Positions 1-14,590 are shown, numbered from the stretch's first letter. The stretch: DNA of 64,000 nt from the human T2T-CHM13v2.0 reference genome, Homo sapiens (GCF_009914755.1 NC_060934.1), one strand, 5' to 3'. Notes: a model not told the origin generated them from the letters alone. Numbers and translations are program-made.

Positions 1-2920
1 AATGGATAAATGCCTATGGACATAAAACCTGATTAAAATGAATCAAGAAGAAATATAGCCTGTTCAGATAACAAGGAAATTTAGTAGGTAATTAAAAACC
101 TCCCCAAAAAGAAAAATTTAGGTCCTGATGGCTTCACAAGTGAATTCTACCAAAAATCCACATAAAAGTTAATACCAGTCCTCTTCAACTTTTCCAGAAA
201 GTAGAAGAAAGAACACTTCTGAACTCATTTTATGGGGCCGGTATTACCCAGTTACCAAAGTCAGACAAAGACAGCACAAACAAACAAACTGTCAAAACTA
301 TAGACCAATGTTTTTGGTGAACATAGATTCAAAATATTCAATAAAATGCAGCAAACTGAATTCAACAGCACATTAAAAGGTTGTTACACCATGACCATGT
401 AGGATTGATTGCTGGGATGCAATGATGTTTCAACATTTGCAAATCAATCAATGTGATATACCACATTAAGAAAACTAAAAATAAAAACCACATAATAATT
501 TCAGTAGGTGTAGGAAAAGCATTTGGCAAAATTAATTTATTCATGATTAAACCTCTGAAAACAATAGATAGACAAGGTACTTACCTCCACACAACATAGG
601 TTACTTATGAAGAGCCTACAACTCTCATTCTAGGTATAAAATGAAAGCATTTACTCTAAGTTTCTGCACAAGGTAAGTCTGCCTGCTCTTACCACTTTCT
701 AGTCAACGTAGTATGGAATTTGTAGCTAAAGCAATTAGATGGAAAAAAAAGAATTAAAAGTCATCCAAATCTAAGAGGAAGAAGTAAAATATTCTCCTTA
801 CGCAGATTGTATAATCATATATGTAGAAAAATCTAAAGGGTCAACAACGAAAACAAAACAACAACAAAATCCTGTTAGAGTACATTCAACCTGTTAGAAA
901 CACATTCAGTAAACTTGCAAGGTACAAAATTACATGGAAACGTCAATGATGTTTCTTTACAAAAACATCACACAATGCAACAAGCAAATTAAAACAAAAA
1001 CAATTTCATTTACAATAGCAACAAAATGAATGAAATACTTAGGAATAAACTGAACCAAAGTGGTAAAAGATATGTACACTGCAAATTATAGAACATTGTT
1101 GATGAAAATTAAAGAAGTCACAGATAAACGGAAGGACAACTTGTGTTCATAGATTTAAAGAGTTGATAATATAAAATGTCCACATTACCCAAAGTCATCT
1201 GCAGATTCAATACAGTCTCTATCATATTACCAATAGCTATCTTTACAGAAAAATGTCTTAAAATTCATGTGGAAGTACAGAACACCTCAAATATCCAACG
1301 CAATCCTGAGCACGAAGAGTAAAGCTGGAAGCATCACAGTTACAGATTTCAAAAGATATTGTAAGGCTATGGTAATCACAACTGTATTGTACTGACATAA
1401 AAACAGACACATAAACTAATGGAACAGAAAACGGAGCCCAGAAATAAATCTATGCATCTACAGTCAATTGATCTTTGCAAAAGTATCATATCAAAACATG
1501 CAATGAAAAAAGGATAGTCTCTTAAGTGATGCTAGGAAATCTAGATATCCACATGTAGAAGAATAAGATGAAACATTTATCACACACCATATAGAAAAAT
1601 TAACTCAAATTGAATAAAAGACAAACAGAAGACAGAAGAACAGGGAAGAACATCTTAACAATGGTCTAGATAGTAATTTTGGGGATGTGACTTCAAAACC
1701 ACAGGGAACAAAAGCAAAATTAGACAAGTGGTATGGCACTAAACTGCACAGCAGCTGCTCAACAAAGGAAACAATTAGAGGAAAAAGACAATCTACAGAA
1801 AGAGAGAAAATATTTGTAAATCATATATCCAGTAAGAGATTAATATCCTTATATATTAAAATATGTAAAGAATTCAATAACAACAAGAAAAAATAAAATA
1901 ATATTATTTTAAAATGGGCCTAGGTCTTGAATATATATTTATCAAAACAAGTCATAGAAATGGCCAACAGGTGTATATAAACGTGCTCAATATCCTTATC
2001 AACATGAAGTAAAAATTAAAAGCACAATGTGATATTACCCCATACCTGTTAGAATGAAAATTATCAAAAGACAAAAGATAACAAGTATTACCAAGACATG
2101 AAGAAAACATGTGCTGTTTTGGTGAATTTACATTGTTATTGCTATTATGGAAAACAGTACAGAATTTTCTTCAAAAATTAAAATTTTCTTTAAAAATTAA
2201 AAGTAAAACTCCCATATGATCTAGCAATCTAACTGTATATATTTAAAGGAAATAAAATATCTCAAGAAAATGCCTGCAATTCTGTGTTCATTACCATATT
2301 ATTCACAACACCCAAAGTACAATAACAACCTAGATCTTAATAGATGAAAAAACTTGATAAAGAAAATGTGGTGTATATACATACATACAATGGAATATTA
2401 TTCAGCCTTAAAAAAGGAGATCATGGCATTTGTGACAACTTGGATGAACCTGAATGATATTATGCTAAATGAAATATCTCATGCACAAGAAGATAAGTTA
2501 TGTATGATCTCACTCGTATGTGGAATTTAAACTAGTTAAATTCATAGAAACAGAGTAGAATAGTGGTTGTTAACAACTTTGGGGAGGAGGAAGGAAGATA
2601 TTTGTCAAAACGTATAAAATTTCAGGTATGCAGTAGGAAGTTCTTGAGAGCTCAGGTACAGTAATGTCACAGTAATTAACAATATTCACTGTATGTGTTT
2701 GAAATTTGCTAGGAGTGTAGATGCTAAATGGGAGGGTAGATTTTAAATGTTCCATCAAAAAAAAAAAAGAAAAAAGAAAATGGTAACTATATGAAATGAT
2801 GGGTATGTTAAATAGCCTGATTGTGGTGATTATTTTACAATATACACACTTACCAAAACAACAAGTTGTACATCTTAAATATATACATTGTTATGTGTTA
2901 ACTATATCTCAATAAACCTT
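1..2920 (+). mobile_element. L1 3' half (degenerate ORF2 + 3'UTR), L1MA8/9-like; continues off the left edge
   Basis: Typical ORF2 DNA (cctgatggcttcacaagtgaattctacc; ttcaacagcacattaaaagg), L1MA-type 3'UTR, ends at ctcaataaa ~2916. Many stops and frameshifts. Confidence 0.9.
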
Positions 2921-2929
2921 AAATAATTC

Positions 2930-3830
<901 letters not shown>

Positions 3831-4849
3831 GAAAAAGAAACTTCTATTAATTAAGAAACACTTTTAAAATAATGAAAAGACCAATCGCCAACTAGGAGTA
3901 AATTGATGGCCAGTATTCACAAATTTTAAGAGACTTATGGCTGCAAGAAAATAATCAAGGAAGACTTGTGCTACATGTTTCCAATTTGAAGAAAGTGAAA
4001 GTGAAGCCACCTCTGCCCAACTGAAGCCTATTTTATTGTCTCTATCTTCCCTCTTCAACAGAAATTCCTAAGCTGACGTAAATACTGATATTCTCTGCCT
4101 TTGTTTCCAAGACAACCAGAAGAAGAATAATGATAAATACATAAACACATCAATTAGAAAAGTTTTGTTGCTATATTTATAGAGGGAAAGAGGGAATCTG
4201 CATAGAGACAGAATTATAAAAGCTGTTGCTTCTTAACCAAGAGTGACAGATGAGAGTTTTCAGCAAAGACATTTGTGTGTTTTGGAGTTGGGGGAAGGTG
4301 GTGGTAGGTATAACTGGAAATAGCTGTTAGAAATTCAAAGTTTGCAGATATTTCACCTAGTGACGAAGGTTTTCAGTTATATTTAAAGCAAGGCCAAGGG
4401 AAATGAATCATTCTGACAATGATGTAACAGCAGCATCTTTTAAAAATAGGAGTCAATAAGAGCTAAGAAAATATACCAAATGGTAATTGGTATTCATTTG
4501 TTTTTGGAATATTGAAATCATTATTCTTCCCTTTACAAAGAAGGAAATCAGAAGTAAAAGTCTAAATATTTAACAGCAAAAGGGTTTGGGCATCAGCCAC
4601 CTAGAAATGATGCCAGATCACAGTACTTTAGTGGGATCATGAGGAATCTTTAGTTAATTAGCTGACAGTGCTGTTCCCCCAAAACAGTAAGCAGCTTCAT
4701 CAAAAACAAATATTTATAATGTGACTCCAATGTGCTAGCAACTTTTCTAGTAGAGGAAGAAAAAAATGCTGCCCTCATAGAGCTGAAATTGTGGTAGGAG
4801 AAAAAGACAAACAAAAGAAGAAAAATAAATATATTGAATAGTGATGCAA

Positions 4850-6720
4850 TCAGACACAATAAACTTCCATTTAAAGAGATATCAGAATAAGTGAACCTTG
4901 AACTTGCCTTTATAATAAATAACTAGAAAACAGGACAAAATATATTAAATAATTATTTCAAACATCACAGAACGGAGACCGTGTTCTCTGAGAGTAGAAT
5001 CGGAAATGAGTTGATTCCTGCAATTATTCTGACCAGGAGTCACTTTTCAGACTGCATAAAGAATGATCTCTGGAGTAAAAACAATGACAGGGGAATTGTA
5101 AGCCTAAAAATACCTAACATGGATCTGTGATAAACTACAGGTCACACCTAGCAGGAAACAACCCATAAAACATCTGCAATTTTCAAAAGAGGCTCTAGAA
5201 TGATCAAATCTTGTTAGTATGGATACATTAATCTTACAGTAAAGGCTATTCTAGACTTTCATTAACAAGTTTTTAAAAGAATCGAGCTGGTTAGAATGTA
5301 ATTTAACTGCCAGCCAAAATAACGTCTAACACTATCGGAAGAAAAACAATAAAATATATTTAAAAACAGTATTAACATTATTCAGCATCAAATAAAAGAA
5401 ACACGAGACATGCAAAGAAGTAGGAAAATGTCCTACCACTAGTAAAAAGAAAACAAAACCCAAAGCTTCAAAAATCAGAAATAGTAGTGTTACCAAATAA
5501 GAACTATAAGGAGGTATAATTATGTGTAATAAATTAAAGGAAAACATGAATAGTATAAAGGAAGACATGAAGGATATGTAAATGAAACTTCTAGGGCTGT
5601 AAAGTGCAAGCATACTCAGGATGAACTTTAAAGTAGATTCAGCAATATCAAAGTAAAAGTCAGTAACCTTGAAGACATAGAAAGAGAAAATACATAAACT
5701 AAATCACTGATAGAATAAAATGCTAAATGATGAACAAATTCTCAATACTATGAGAAAATTTCAAGTAATCTAACATAGGTCTAATTTAATTCCCCTCAAA
5801 AAAGAATGGGTTTAAAGTATTTATACAAAAATTAGTTCTTCTCATGTCTGGGAAGTTCAAAAAATCTACCCAAAGCTATGACCAAATCACTGATAGAAAG
5901 CTATAAATTGGCCGGGGACAGTGACTCACGCCTGTAATTCCAGCACTTTGGGAGGCCTAGTCAGGCATATCACTTGAGGTCAGCAGTTCGAGACCAGCCT
6001 GGCCAATATGGTGTAACCCTATCTCTACTAAAAATACAAAATTAGCTGGGTGTGGTGGAGCGTGCCTGTATTCCCAGCTATTTGGGAAGCTGAGGCAGAG
6101 GAATCACTTGAATTTGGAAGCAGAGGTTGCAGTGAGCCGAGATCTCACATTGCACTCCAGCCTGGGCATTGCAGCAAGACTCCATCTCAAAAACAAACAA
6201 ACAAACAAACAAACAAACATCAAAAGAAAATTGTAAAATAAAATTTTAAAAACAACTAAAAGAAAAAAATGAGGACAATCCATATACAGGTGTAAAAATA
6301 GAAATAGCCATTGATTTAGCAAGAAAAACAATGCATGCCAGAATAAAAATGTAGCAACATTTGTAGGAGCTGAAAATAAAACCAAATGTCAACCTGTTAT
6401 TCTATGTCCAGTGAAGATATTCTTTAAAAATGAATACAAAATGAAAACATTTTTAGGTAAACAAATGCTAAAATAGGATCCATTTCCAGACTAGCATTAC
6501 AAGAAGTTGCAAAGACAGTTCTACAGGTTACAGTAAAGTGATCCCAGATGGAAACTCTTATTTACAGAAAGGAATAAATAGCATTAAAATATTTAATATG
6601 TATGTACATATAAAAGAGTTTATTTCATTTTTTCAAAAAACTTATTTAATAGAAAACAATTTAAACTATAATAACAATGTTGCAGATTAATATGAAATGT
6701 AGAAATAAAATATATGAAAG
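4850..6720 (+). mobile_element. Old L1M 5'/ORF1-region fragments, interrupted by an Alu
   Basis: A-rich ORF1-like motifs (gaaacttctagggctg; tgtcaacctgttattctatgtccagtgaagatattctt). Confidence 0.55.
5910..6220 (+). mobile_element. Alu, AluS-like, with (AAAC)n tail
   Basis: ggccggggacagtgactcacgcctgtaat ... gactccatctcaaaaacaaacaaac. Confidence 0.95.
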
Positions 6721-8828
6721 GTTCTCTGTAAATTATGTATATATATTACTGTGCATATATATTATATATTTGATATGAAATATTTGTGTAATGCAATGAA
6801 ATTTATTGAATTGTCTTGGCAATTTTACAAAAATCAACAGACCTCTTACATTTGTGGAAAAATGGAGTAGACATTTTTTTCCTATTTCTCCTGCTATACA
6901 CAATGAAAAGCTTGGACATTTTACATATAACAATCATTGAAGGACACTAAAAGGTAGATAAAATAAGTCATGACCTAAGGACCTCACAATCTGTGCAATG
7001 GTGTGGTCAGTTTCCTGGGTTTTCTTTTTATGTTATGTATTCCAGTAATAAAACTGTTGAAGGTGGTAGCTTAAAAGCATCAGCAGGCATAGAAAAGAAA
7101 ACATCTACAAAGCCTTTTCTCTAGCCATAGGACCAGGAAAGCAGCATTCTATTAAGAGGAAGGCGGAACACTTTCATATAGTAATAGCTACTATTCCTAA
7201 ACACTAGCAAAAAAATGAAAAATTAAAAAAAAAGAAATTTCTGCCCTACTTTCACCAATCCCAGCAAAGACTGAGTGGAGAGCCTGGACTTCCAACACGT
7301 GTCCAGCTGTAAGGACACTCATCAGTTCTCCTCAAAGTAAAGCTGTGGCACCAAAGATGGCTGAATAGAGGGTGGAGACTTTTATCTCCACTGGTTGGTA
7401 ACGAAGTATCTCTCCCTCAGCCTGCTTCTCTTTTCATCCTCCCATTGTCACCTTCCATCCCCTGCCCTGCAGTGTCAGTGGAAATCATGTGAGGTGCCTG
7501 GACTTATTCATTCATTCAACGATAATGAGGCATGCCTTTCTCTCCTTACTGGAGTCATGTTAAAGGAAGACAGCTAAGACAGAAAATTGAAGGAAGAGTC
7601 AAGATCTCATAACATAATACTCAAGTTGTCCGGGTTTCAGTAGGAAGTCCCTCATGTTACTAAGAACTCAAAAATCTGAACTTGATTTTTAAAAAATCAA
7701 TACTTAAAACTGAGATGGCAGAAATTATTCTCTGACAGAGATTTTAAAGCAGTCATCATAAAATTGCTTCACCCAGAAGTTACAAACATACAGGAAATAT
7801 TTTTTTAACTCAGCAATAAAATAGAAAGTCTTAGCAAAGAAATAGGAGGTATAGAGTGGAATCAAATAAAAATTTTAGAACATAAAACTACAATAATGAA
7901 AATTAAATTGCAAAAGGTGGTTCTAATAGAAGAACAGAAGGGATAGAATGAATAATTTTTGAATCTTAAGAGAGAACAATAAAAATTACACAATCGACAA
8001 AACAGAGAAAATACATTTTAAAAAATAAACAGTGCCTGAGGAAACTTTAGACTATATCTCAAAAGAGCTAACATTTGTGTCTCTTGAGTTCCAGGAGACA
8101 AGAAAAAGGATAAGATTGAAAAATTACTCTAAGAGATAATGGCTAAAATCTTCCCAAATTTGGGAAACGGTGTAAGCTAACAGATCCAAGAAACTACTTT
8201 GCTTCTTGGATTAGTTTGTATCACAAACAGAATAAACTACAAACTGTACACACCAAGACACATTATAGTCAAGCTTCTGAAAACTCAGGATGAAGAAAAT
8301 AACTTGGAAGCAGCAAGAAATTCGACACTGTACATGAAGGTAAAAACAAATTGAATAACAGCGGGTTTATCATGAGAAACCAGGTCAGCGAGGAGAAGAG
8401 GCCTGATATTTTTTAAGAGCTGAAAAAAGGTTCTGTCAACCCCGAATTCTATGTCTACTAAAAATATATTTCAAGACTGAAGGACAAATCAAGATATTTT
8501 GGAATAAAGAAAGACTAAGAGGACTTGTCACCGGCAGATCTGTCCTAAGGATATGGCTAAAGGAAGTTTTCTAATTGTTATAAAATATTGGCAAAGACAA
8601 TACATTTTTCTTCTCTTCTTAAATTTTCTAAATTATGTTTGATGCTAGAAGCTAAAATTATAATACCTTCTGATGTGATTCTAAGTTTATGTGGAAAAAT
8701 ATTTAAGACAATTATATTGTAAATGGGTGGTGGTGGAGGAGCATAAATTGTGCTACAGATTCTACATTTTACTTTAACTGGCAAAATAATGACACCAATT
8801 GACTATGATAAGTTATGTACATAAAATG

Positions 8829-8829
<1 letters not shown>

Positions 8830-8881
<52 letters not shown>
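8830..8881. repeat. (TA)26 microsatellite
   Basis: Uninterrupted TA run read directly. Confidence 0.97.
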
Positions 8882-8885
<4 letters not shown>

Positions 8886-9386
8886 AACCAGTAAGAAAGG
8901 TTTACATCACATACACTCAATGACACTATGGACAAATTAAAATGAAATTCTGAAAAAGGGCAAGTAACCCATAGAAAGGTAGAGAAAAGCAAACAGTAAA
9001 ATCACTGGGGAAGGAAAAACACAAAACAAAAGTAAAATATCTGACATATTGGTAACTATATTAAACAGAAATTATCTTTTAAAATTACCTATATGCTGTT
9101 TTTAAGAAACTCAGATAAACTATAAAAATATAGATGTAGTAAATGTAAAAAAAGAAAAAAATTATATTACTCAAAGTTTCAGAAATGAAAAATATCTGGT
9201 AAATAAGACTCCAGATCTATATCTCAGTCAATAACTAGAGACAGAGAGGGACATTGTATAATTATAAAATGGTCATTCCAACAAAACATATTAATCTTCA
9301 ATATCCATGCACCATGCAAAATATTTGAAGTAAGACTAGTATAAGTGAAAGGAGAAATAGGCAAATACACAATTTAAGCTAAAGAC

Positions 9387-9750
9387 TGTATCAGTCCGTT
9401 TTCACACTGCTGATAAAGACATACCTGAGACTGGGTAATTTATAAAGGAAAAGAGGTTTAATGGACCCACAGTTCCATGTGGCTAGGGAGGCCTCACAAT
9501 CATGGCAGAAGGTAAAAGACATGTCTTACATGGCGGCAGACAAGAGAGAATGAATGAATCAAGTGAAAGGGGAAAATCTTTATAAAATAATCAGATATCG
9601 TGAGACTTATTCACTTCCACAAGAACAGTATGGGGGAAACTGTCCCCATGATTCAATTATGTTCCACCGGGTGCCTCCCACAACACGTGGGAATTATGGG
9701 AACTACAATTCAAGGTGAGATTTGGGTGGGGACACAGCCAAACCATATCA
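9387..9750 (-). mobile_element. THE1 (ERVL-MaLR) solo LTR
   Basis: tgtatcagtccgttttcac ... gacacagccaaaccatatca is the reverse complement of the THE1 LTR; 5-bp TSD AAGAC/AAGAT. Confidence 0.95.
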
Positions 9751-10599
9751 AAGATTTTTATACCCTACCTCAGTAATAGATAAAATTATAACATAGAAAA
9801 TCAGCAGACAGCTTACCCAAGATGCTACCATTAGGTAAAGGATCTCTTTTACTCAGTGGGACCTGTCTGTATTATTTCTTACAACTGCATATGAATTTAA
9901 TATCACAAAATGAAGAGTTAAAATAATAATGGTAGAATAAATCATTTGACCATGATATGGAGCCATTTCTGAACCATTGCCAAACTATCATTATTATAGC
10001 TTTATATTGATTCTTAAAGTTGACATAGTGTGCCATTCTAATTTTTTATTCAAAACATTTGCATTGGTTATTAAAGGTTGTTTGTATTACTGTATAAATA
10101 TTACCATATCCTTGTCAAATTCTACAAAACACATGTTAGAATTATGATAGAAATTTTAGTGAATCTGTAAGTTATTTCAGTGAGAATTACAATTTTAACG
10201 TAAGTGACTCTTTTAACACTCTTATACAATGCATCTGTCCACTTACTTAAGTTATCTTTAATTTTTCTCCACGGTGTTTTCTGCTTTTTCCTCTTGAGGT
10301 CTTGGAGTTCTAGCTGCTAAGGCTGCTTTTCTCCATTACTGAGGAAAGCCTTTGTGATGAAGCCAAAAGTGTTGAAAAGTAATTTAGCAAGATTTCCACA
10401 TTTTGATTTCCCTCTAACAATCTGCCAATAGGCAGGTTTTTCATTTGCGCCACTGTTTTCAGATAGTTGCTTTTTCTTTTGAATTTTGTGTAGTTATGCT
10501 TGTCATTAGCTGGAGGATTGGTCTCTAAGGTGTTTGCAATGCAATAGTAGAACTGGAATTATATGAGTATATTTTGATAATAAAGCTAAAAGGGTTATT

Positions 10600-11350
10600 T
10601 TACATATCGATATTGATTGTTAAAGAAGAAGATTCAAGAATGAGTTCATAGGTTTTGGTTGACAACTGGACTAAGGCTATTGTTGTTAGCAAAAAAGTGA
10701 AATAATTCAGAAACAATAGTTTTGGGGTGGGAGATATTAAGAAGTTCAGTTTGAAAAAGTCAAGATTGAGATACCTATTAGATAGTCAATTAGGAATTTT
10801 AAGTTGGAAATTTATTAAAGAAGTCTTTATTTCAGTGGAGATATCAAAGTTGGAGATAATTTTATGAATCATAAGCATATAGGTAATATATAAAGTCAAA
10901 AAAACTGGATGAGGTCACTAAAGGGAGTGTGTGTGGACAGGAAGGGAAGAGAACAAAAGAGACTCAAAGGCTGAGTTCTGAGTCACATAAAAAGCAATAT
11001 AATAAAATGTGAAAATGTGCTTACAGCAATATGTAAAATGAAAATATGAGAAGGAATAAATAATCCAGCCTGGAATGTCAAGGAATTTCCTTACACTTAC
11101 CTCTAAAAATGAATCTGTATGTATGAACAAAAGTTATCCAAGCAAATGAAAGGATAAAGAACATTCTGGGATGATAGGCTTCAATGAGCAAGGCACAGAG
11201 CTTATGGAGAGCATGACTGTTTAATCATGCTATGGGAAGACTAGGGCAAGAAATGGTAAATGCAGTGTTGAAGAAGACCAGATAGAACAACCGTTGCACT
11301 TTTTTGCCACGTTAAGAAGACGTTTTTATCAGGAGAGTTTGGGGTTTTAA
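10600..11350 (-). mobile_element. L2 fragments
   Basis: gaagttcagtttg...ttgagatacctattagat; ctggatgaggtcactaaagggagtgtgtgt resemble antisense L2. Confidence 0.55.
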
Positions 11351-11949
11351 AACTGTTTCTGAAAGTAGAACTTATTGTATGTAAGTAATCTGAGGTGGAA
11401 TTTAAATTTATAAAACAAATAAAAGAAGAATTTCCTTGTTGAAATTAGTGCATTCAGGGGAGGAGGAAGGTACAATTTGCTTTATGTTCACTCCGGGTGG
11501 CAGCCCCTGACACACCTTCAGAAAATCTCAAGAATTCATGCTTCAGAATTCAGTGAAACAGTCAGGTGCTTTCAATGATATTCATCAAGTTTTCATTTTA
11601 AATCTACTACTTATGTGGGATGAATTTGAATGAAATATTATTGGCAAATTCACTGAAAAGAAGAGGAGATCGGTTAATAGTGCAGGCAAGAAGTGACAAA
11701 GGCGAAGAAAATGCAGTGTCTTATAGAAAATTACTTGGAATATTCTTGAGGGTAGTGAGAGCCAGAATCCTCTAAGATGAGATGATATTTCTTCTTTCAT
11801 CTAAACTAGATCTTGTACATAATGATATAAACTGTACCACTCAAATAGTTTTTTTAAAAAACCCTTAATTCATAAAACAGGTGCAAGAGTGTCACAGTAT
11901 CCTCACACAGTGGTAGCCCCCATGTTACCTTCAGGGACTCTGTAGAATC

Positions 11950-13165
11950 TAACATAACATTTATCTGTAAAGTTTACTGATAGATAGTGTACAGTTTTAT
12001 GAGTTTAAAAATCAGTAATTAATGCACTCACCATCACAGCAACAATATAAGACAATACTATTATTGCCCAAATGGTCTCCTTGGCACTTTGTGGTTAACC
12101 TTTCGCCCAGTCCTAGCCTTTTGCAACCATTAATATAACATTAATCCTTCAAATGTTGTCTTTTCCAGAATGTTATATAAATGGAATCATACAATATATA
12201 GCATTTTTAAACTGAATCTTTTTGTTTTAGTATAGCTCATTTGTGATTCATCTATGTAGTTGCACCCAAAAATAGTCTCTTCCTTTTTGATTGATTGACA
12301 GCATTCCATTGTGTAGATATACCAGCTTGTTTACCTTCTCCCTCGCTGTGAGATATTTGGATTGTCGTCAGATTTTGGCGATTACAAATGAAACTACTAT
12401 AAACATTCAGGTACCAGGTTTTGTGTGTACCTAAGTTTTTATTTCACATGAGTAAATACCTAGGGCAGAGTGAGATTATTGAGTAGAATGTTATCTATTC
12501 AATTTGGCCAGAAAAAAAAAATACCAAACTGTTTCTCTATTCTCAAGGGTTTTCACACGACAACAGATGAGTTGTGGTGAGAGGCTGTGTAGATCAAAAA
12601 CCCCCTAAGATATTTATTATTTTACCTTTTATACAGAAGTTTGCCAATCTCTGGCCCAAAATATGGTCCATCATGGTGAATTTTTTATGTGCACTGGAAA
12701 AAAATGAGTATTTTGCTGTTATTTGATGGAGTGTTCTGTAAATGTGAAATAATTCACATTCCTTGTGATATTCAGTCTCCTACATTCTTACCAATTTTCT
12801 GTTTCTTTGTTTGTTCTATTGATTACTGAATATGTAGTGCTGAAGAGTGTTGATGTTTCCAGCTATAATTGTGAATCTGCCTCTTCTTCCTTTCAGTTTT
12901 ATCTACTTTTGCTTTGTGCATTTTGAAGTTCTGTTGCTAGGTACATACCCATTTGGAGTTGTCATGTCATCTTGCTGAATTAAACATTTTATTGCTACAC
13001 AATGGCCTTCTTTAATTTCTGATAATATATTTTGTTTTCACTTCAACTTTTCTGTTATTAAGAGTCACACCAGCTTTCTGTTGATTAGTGTTTACATTTG
13101 TTTTAATCTTATCCGTGCCATCACATTCAATCTAAGTTTCTTGTAACTAGCAAATAGATAAATAT
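11950..13165 (-). mobile_element. Old L1M fragments (3'UTR and ORF2), with a probable MER58 fragment at ~12580-12655
   Basis: ttttccagaatgttatataaatggaatcatacaatat; attccattgtgtagatataccag; MER58-like end agaagtttgccaatctctg. Confidence 0.65.
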
Positions 13166-13169
13166 TACC

Positions 13170-14590
13170 TTTTAAAATTAATAGACTATTTTTAGAGAAG
13201 TTTAAGATTTAAAGAAAAAATAAGCAGAAATTTTTACTGAAATGGATTCAGTTTAGGTCCTGTTGCTCACAGCAAGAAAAGTCAATTACTGAAACAATGA
13301 GTATTACCAGGAAAGAAGGCTTTATTCCTGGGTGCTGTAGCCGAGGAGAACAGGAGATCAGTCTCAAATCTGTTTCCCTGACCGACTAAAATTGGGGATT
13401 TATATTGCAGAGAAGGGATGTAGCTGCATGCAGTAAAACAGGTATTAGGGAGGAGTACAGAACCATCAAGGCAAGCAAGGGATCTGGCATCCCACCATTG
13501 TCCAGATGCAGTGATCTTATAAGTTTCAGCTCCTTGATAATGTCTGGGATGCTGACTGATTGTCAGTTCCCTGAAAGAAACTCAGATAAGACAAATGTAA
13601 GTTTCTCTAGTTTTAAGACTGAAAGAATCAACTTCCATGTTTATCCAAAAAAAAAAAAAAAAAAACTGTCTATGGGACAATTGGGTCGGTTTCAAAATGA
13701 CAGAGTACCCATATTATCCCTCTCTCCCCTCTTCTTCCCCACAATCCCCTTTATTATTAACATTTTTTCATTAATGTGACACATTTGTTGCAATTGACAG
13801 AATATTATTAATTAAAGTTCATAGTTTACATTGGGATTTAGTCTTTCTGTTATACAATTTCTGGGTTTTTACAAAGGTATAATTGCATGTAGCTATCATT
13901 GCAGCATCAAATAGAACAATTTCTCTGCCTTAAAAAATTCCTTGAGTTCCACCTGTTTCATCCTCTTTTTTACTGAACCATTGGCAACGAATGACCTATT
14001 TACTGTCTCTATAATTTGGCCTTTTCTAGAATGTCATGTAGTTGGAATTATGTAGTATGCAATCTTTTCATACTGGCTTATTTTACTCAGTAACATGCAT
14101 GTAAGCTTCCTCTATGTCTTCTTGTGACTTGGTAGCTCATTTCCTTTTATTGCTGAATAATTTTTCGGTGTATGGATGTGCTACAGTTTGTTTATACATT
14201 TATCTTTTGAAGGGTATCTTGTTTTCTTGAAGTTTTATAATGGTATCTTGTTTGTTCTTACTTTTTAAATGTTTTGTCAATCATGAATAAAGCTGCTCTA
14301 AATATTTGTGTGCAAGGTTTTTTTGTTGTTTGTTTGTCTTTGGTTGTGGGTTTTTTTTGTGTGTTTGTGTGAGCTAACCAAGGAATATGATCACTGGATC
14401 ATGTGGTAAAAGTATATATAGCTTTCTAAGAAACTGCCAAACTGTCTTCTACAGTGGCTGTACTACTTTGCATCCCCATCAGTGATGAATGAATATATTG
14501 GTTGCTCCACACTCTTGCTAGCATTTGTTATTTTCAGTGTTTTGGGTTTTAGCCATTCTTAAAGGTATGTAGTGGTATCTGGTTATTGGT
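13170..14590 (-). mobile_element. L1MC1/2-like 3' end, interrupted by an ERV1 LTR
   Basis: atagactattttttagag...; cttttctagaatgtcatgtagttggaat; aagaaactgccaaactgtctt. Confidence 0.75.
13232..13694 (-). mobile_element. ERV1 solo LTR, MER66-like
   Basis: Reverse complement starts tgaaaccgacccaattgtcccatag...gaaacttacatttgtcttatctgag; poly(A) signal (tttatt on +); 4-bp TSD AAAT at 13228-13231 and 13695-13698. Confidence 0.75.

Larger units (their letters stand above)
6830..9930 (+). mobile_element. L1MC/MD-like element: 5' region, ORF1, start of ORF2, then directly a 3'UTR end
   Basis: ORF1 motifs (atggctaaaatcttcccaaatttg; caccaagacacattatagtc), EN-region DNA 9050-9810, L1MC-type 3' end 9815-9930 (gggacctgtctgtattatttcttacaactgc). 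Confidence 0.7.

Noticed and set aside
5701-5898. 15-bp direct repeat aaatcactgatagaa (5701 and 5884)
   Set aside because: The enclosed DNA has no A-tail or element ends, so a TSD cannot be supported in this A-rich L1 debris.
13405-13779. 124-aa ORF
   Set aside because: Antisense to an ERV1 LTR and runs through a poly-A tract into L1 sequence.
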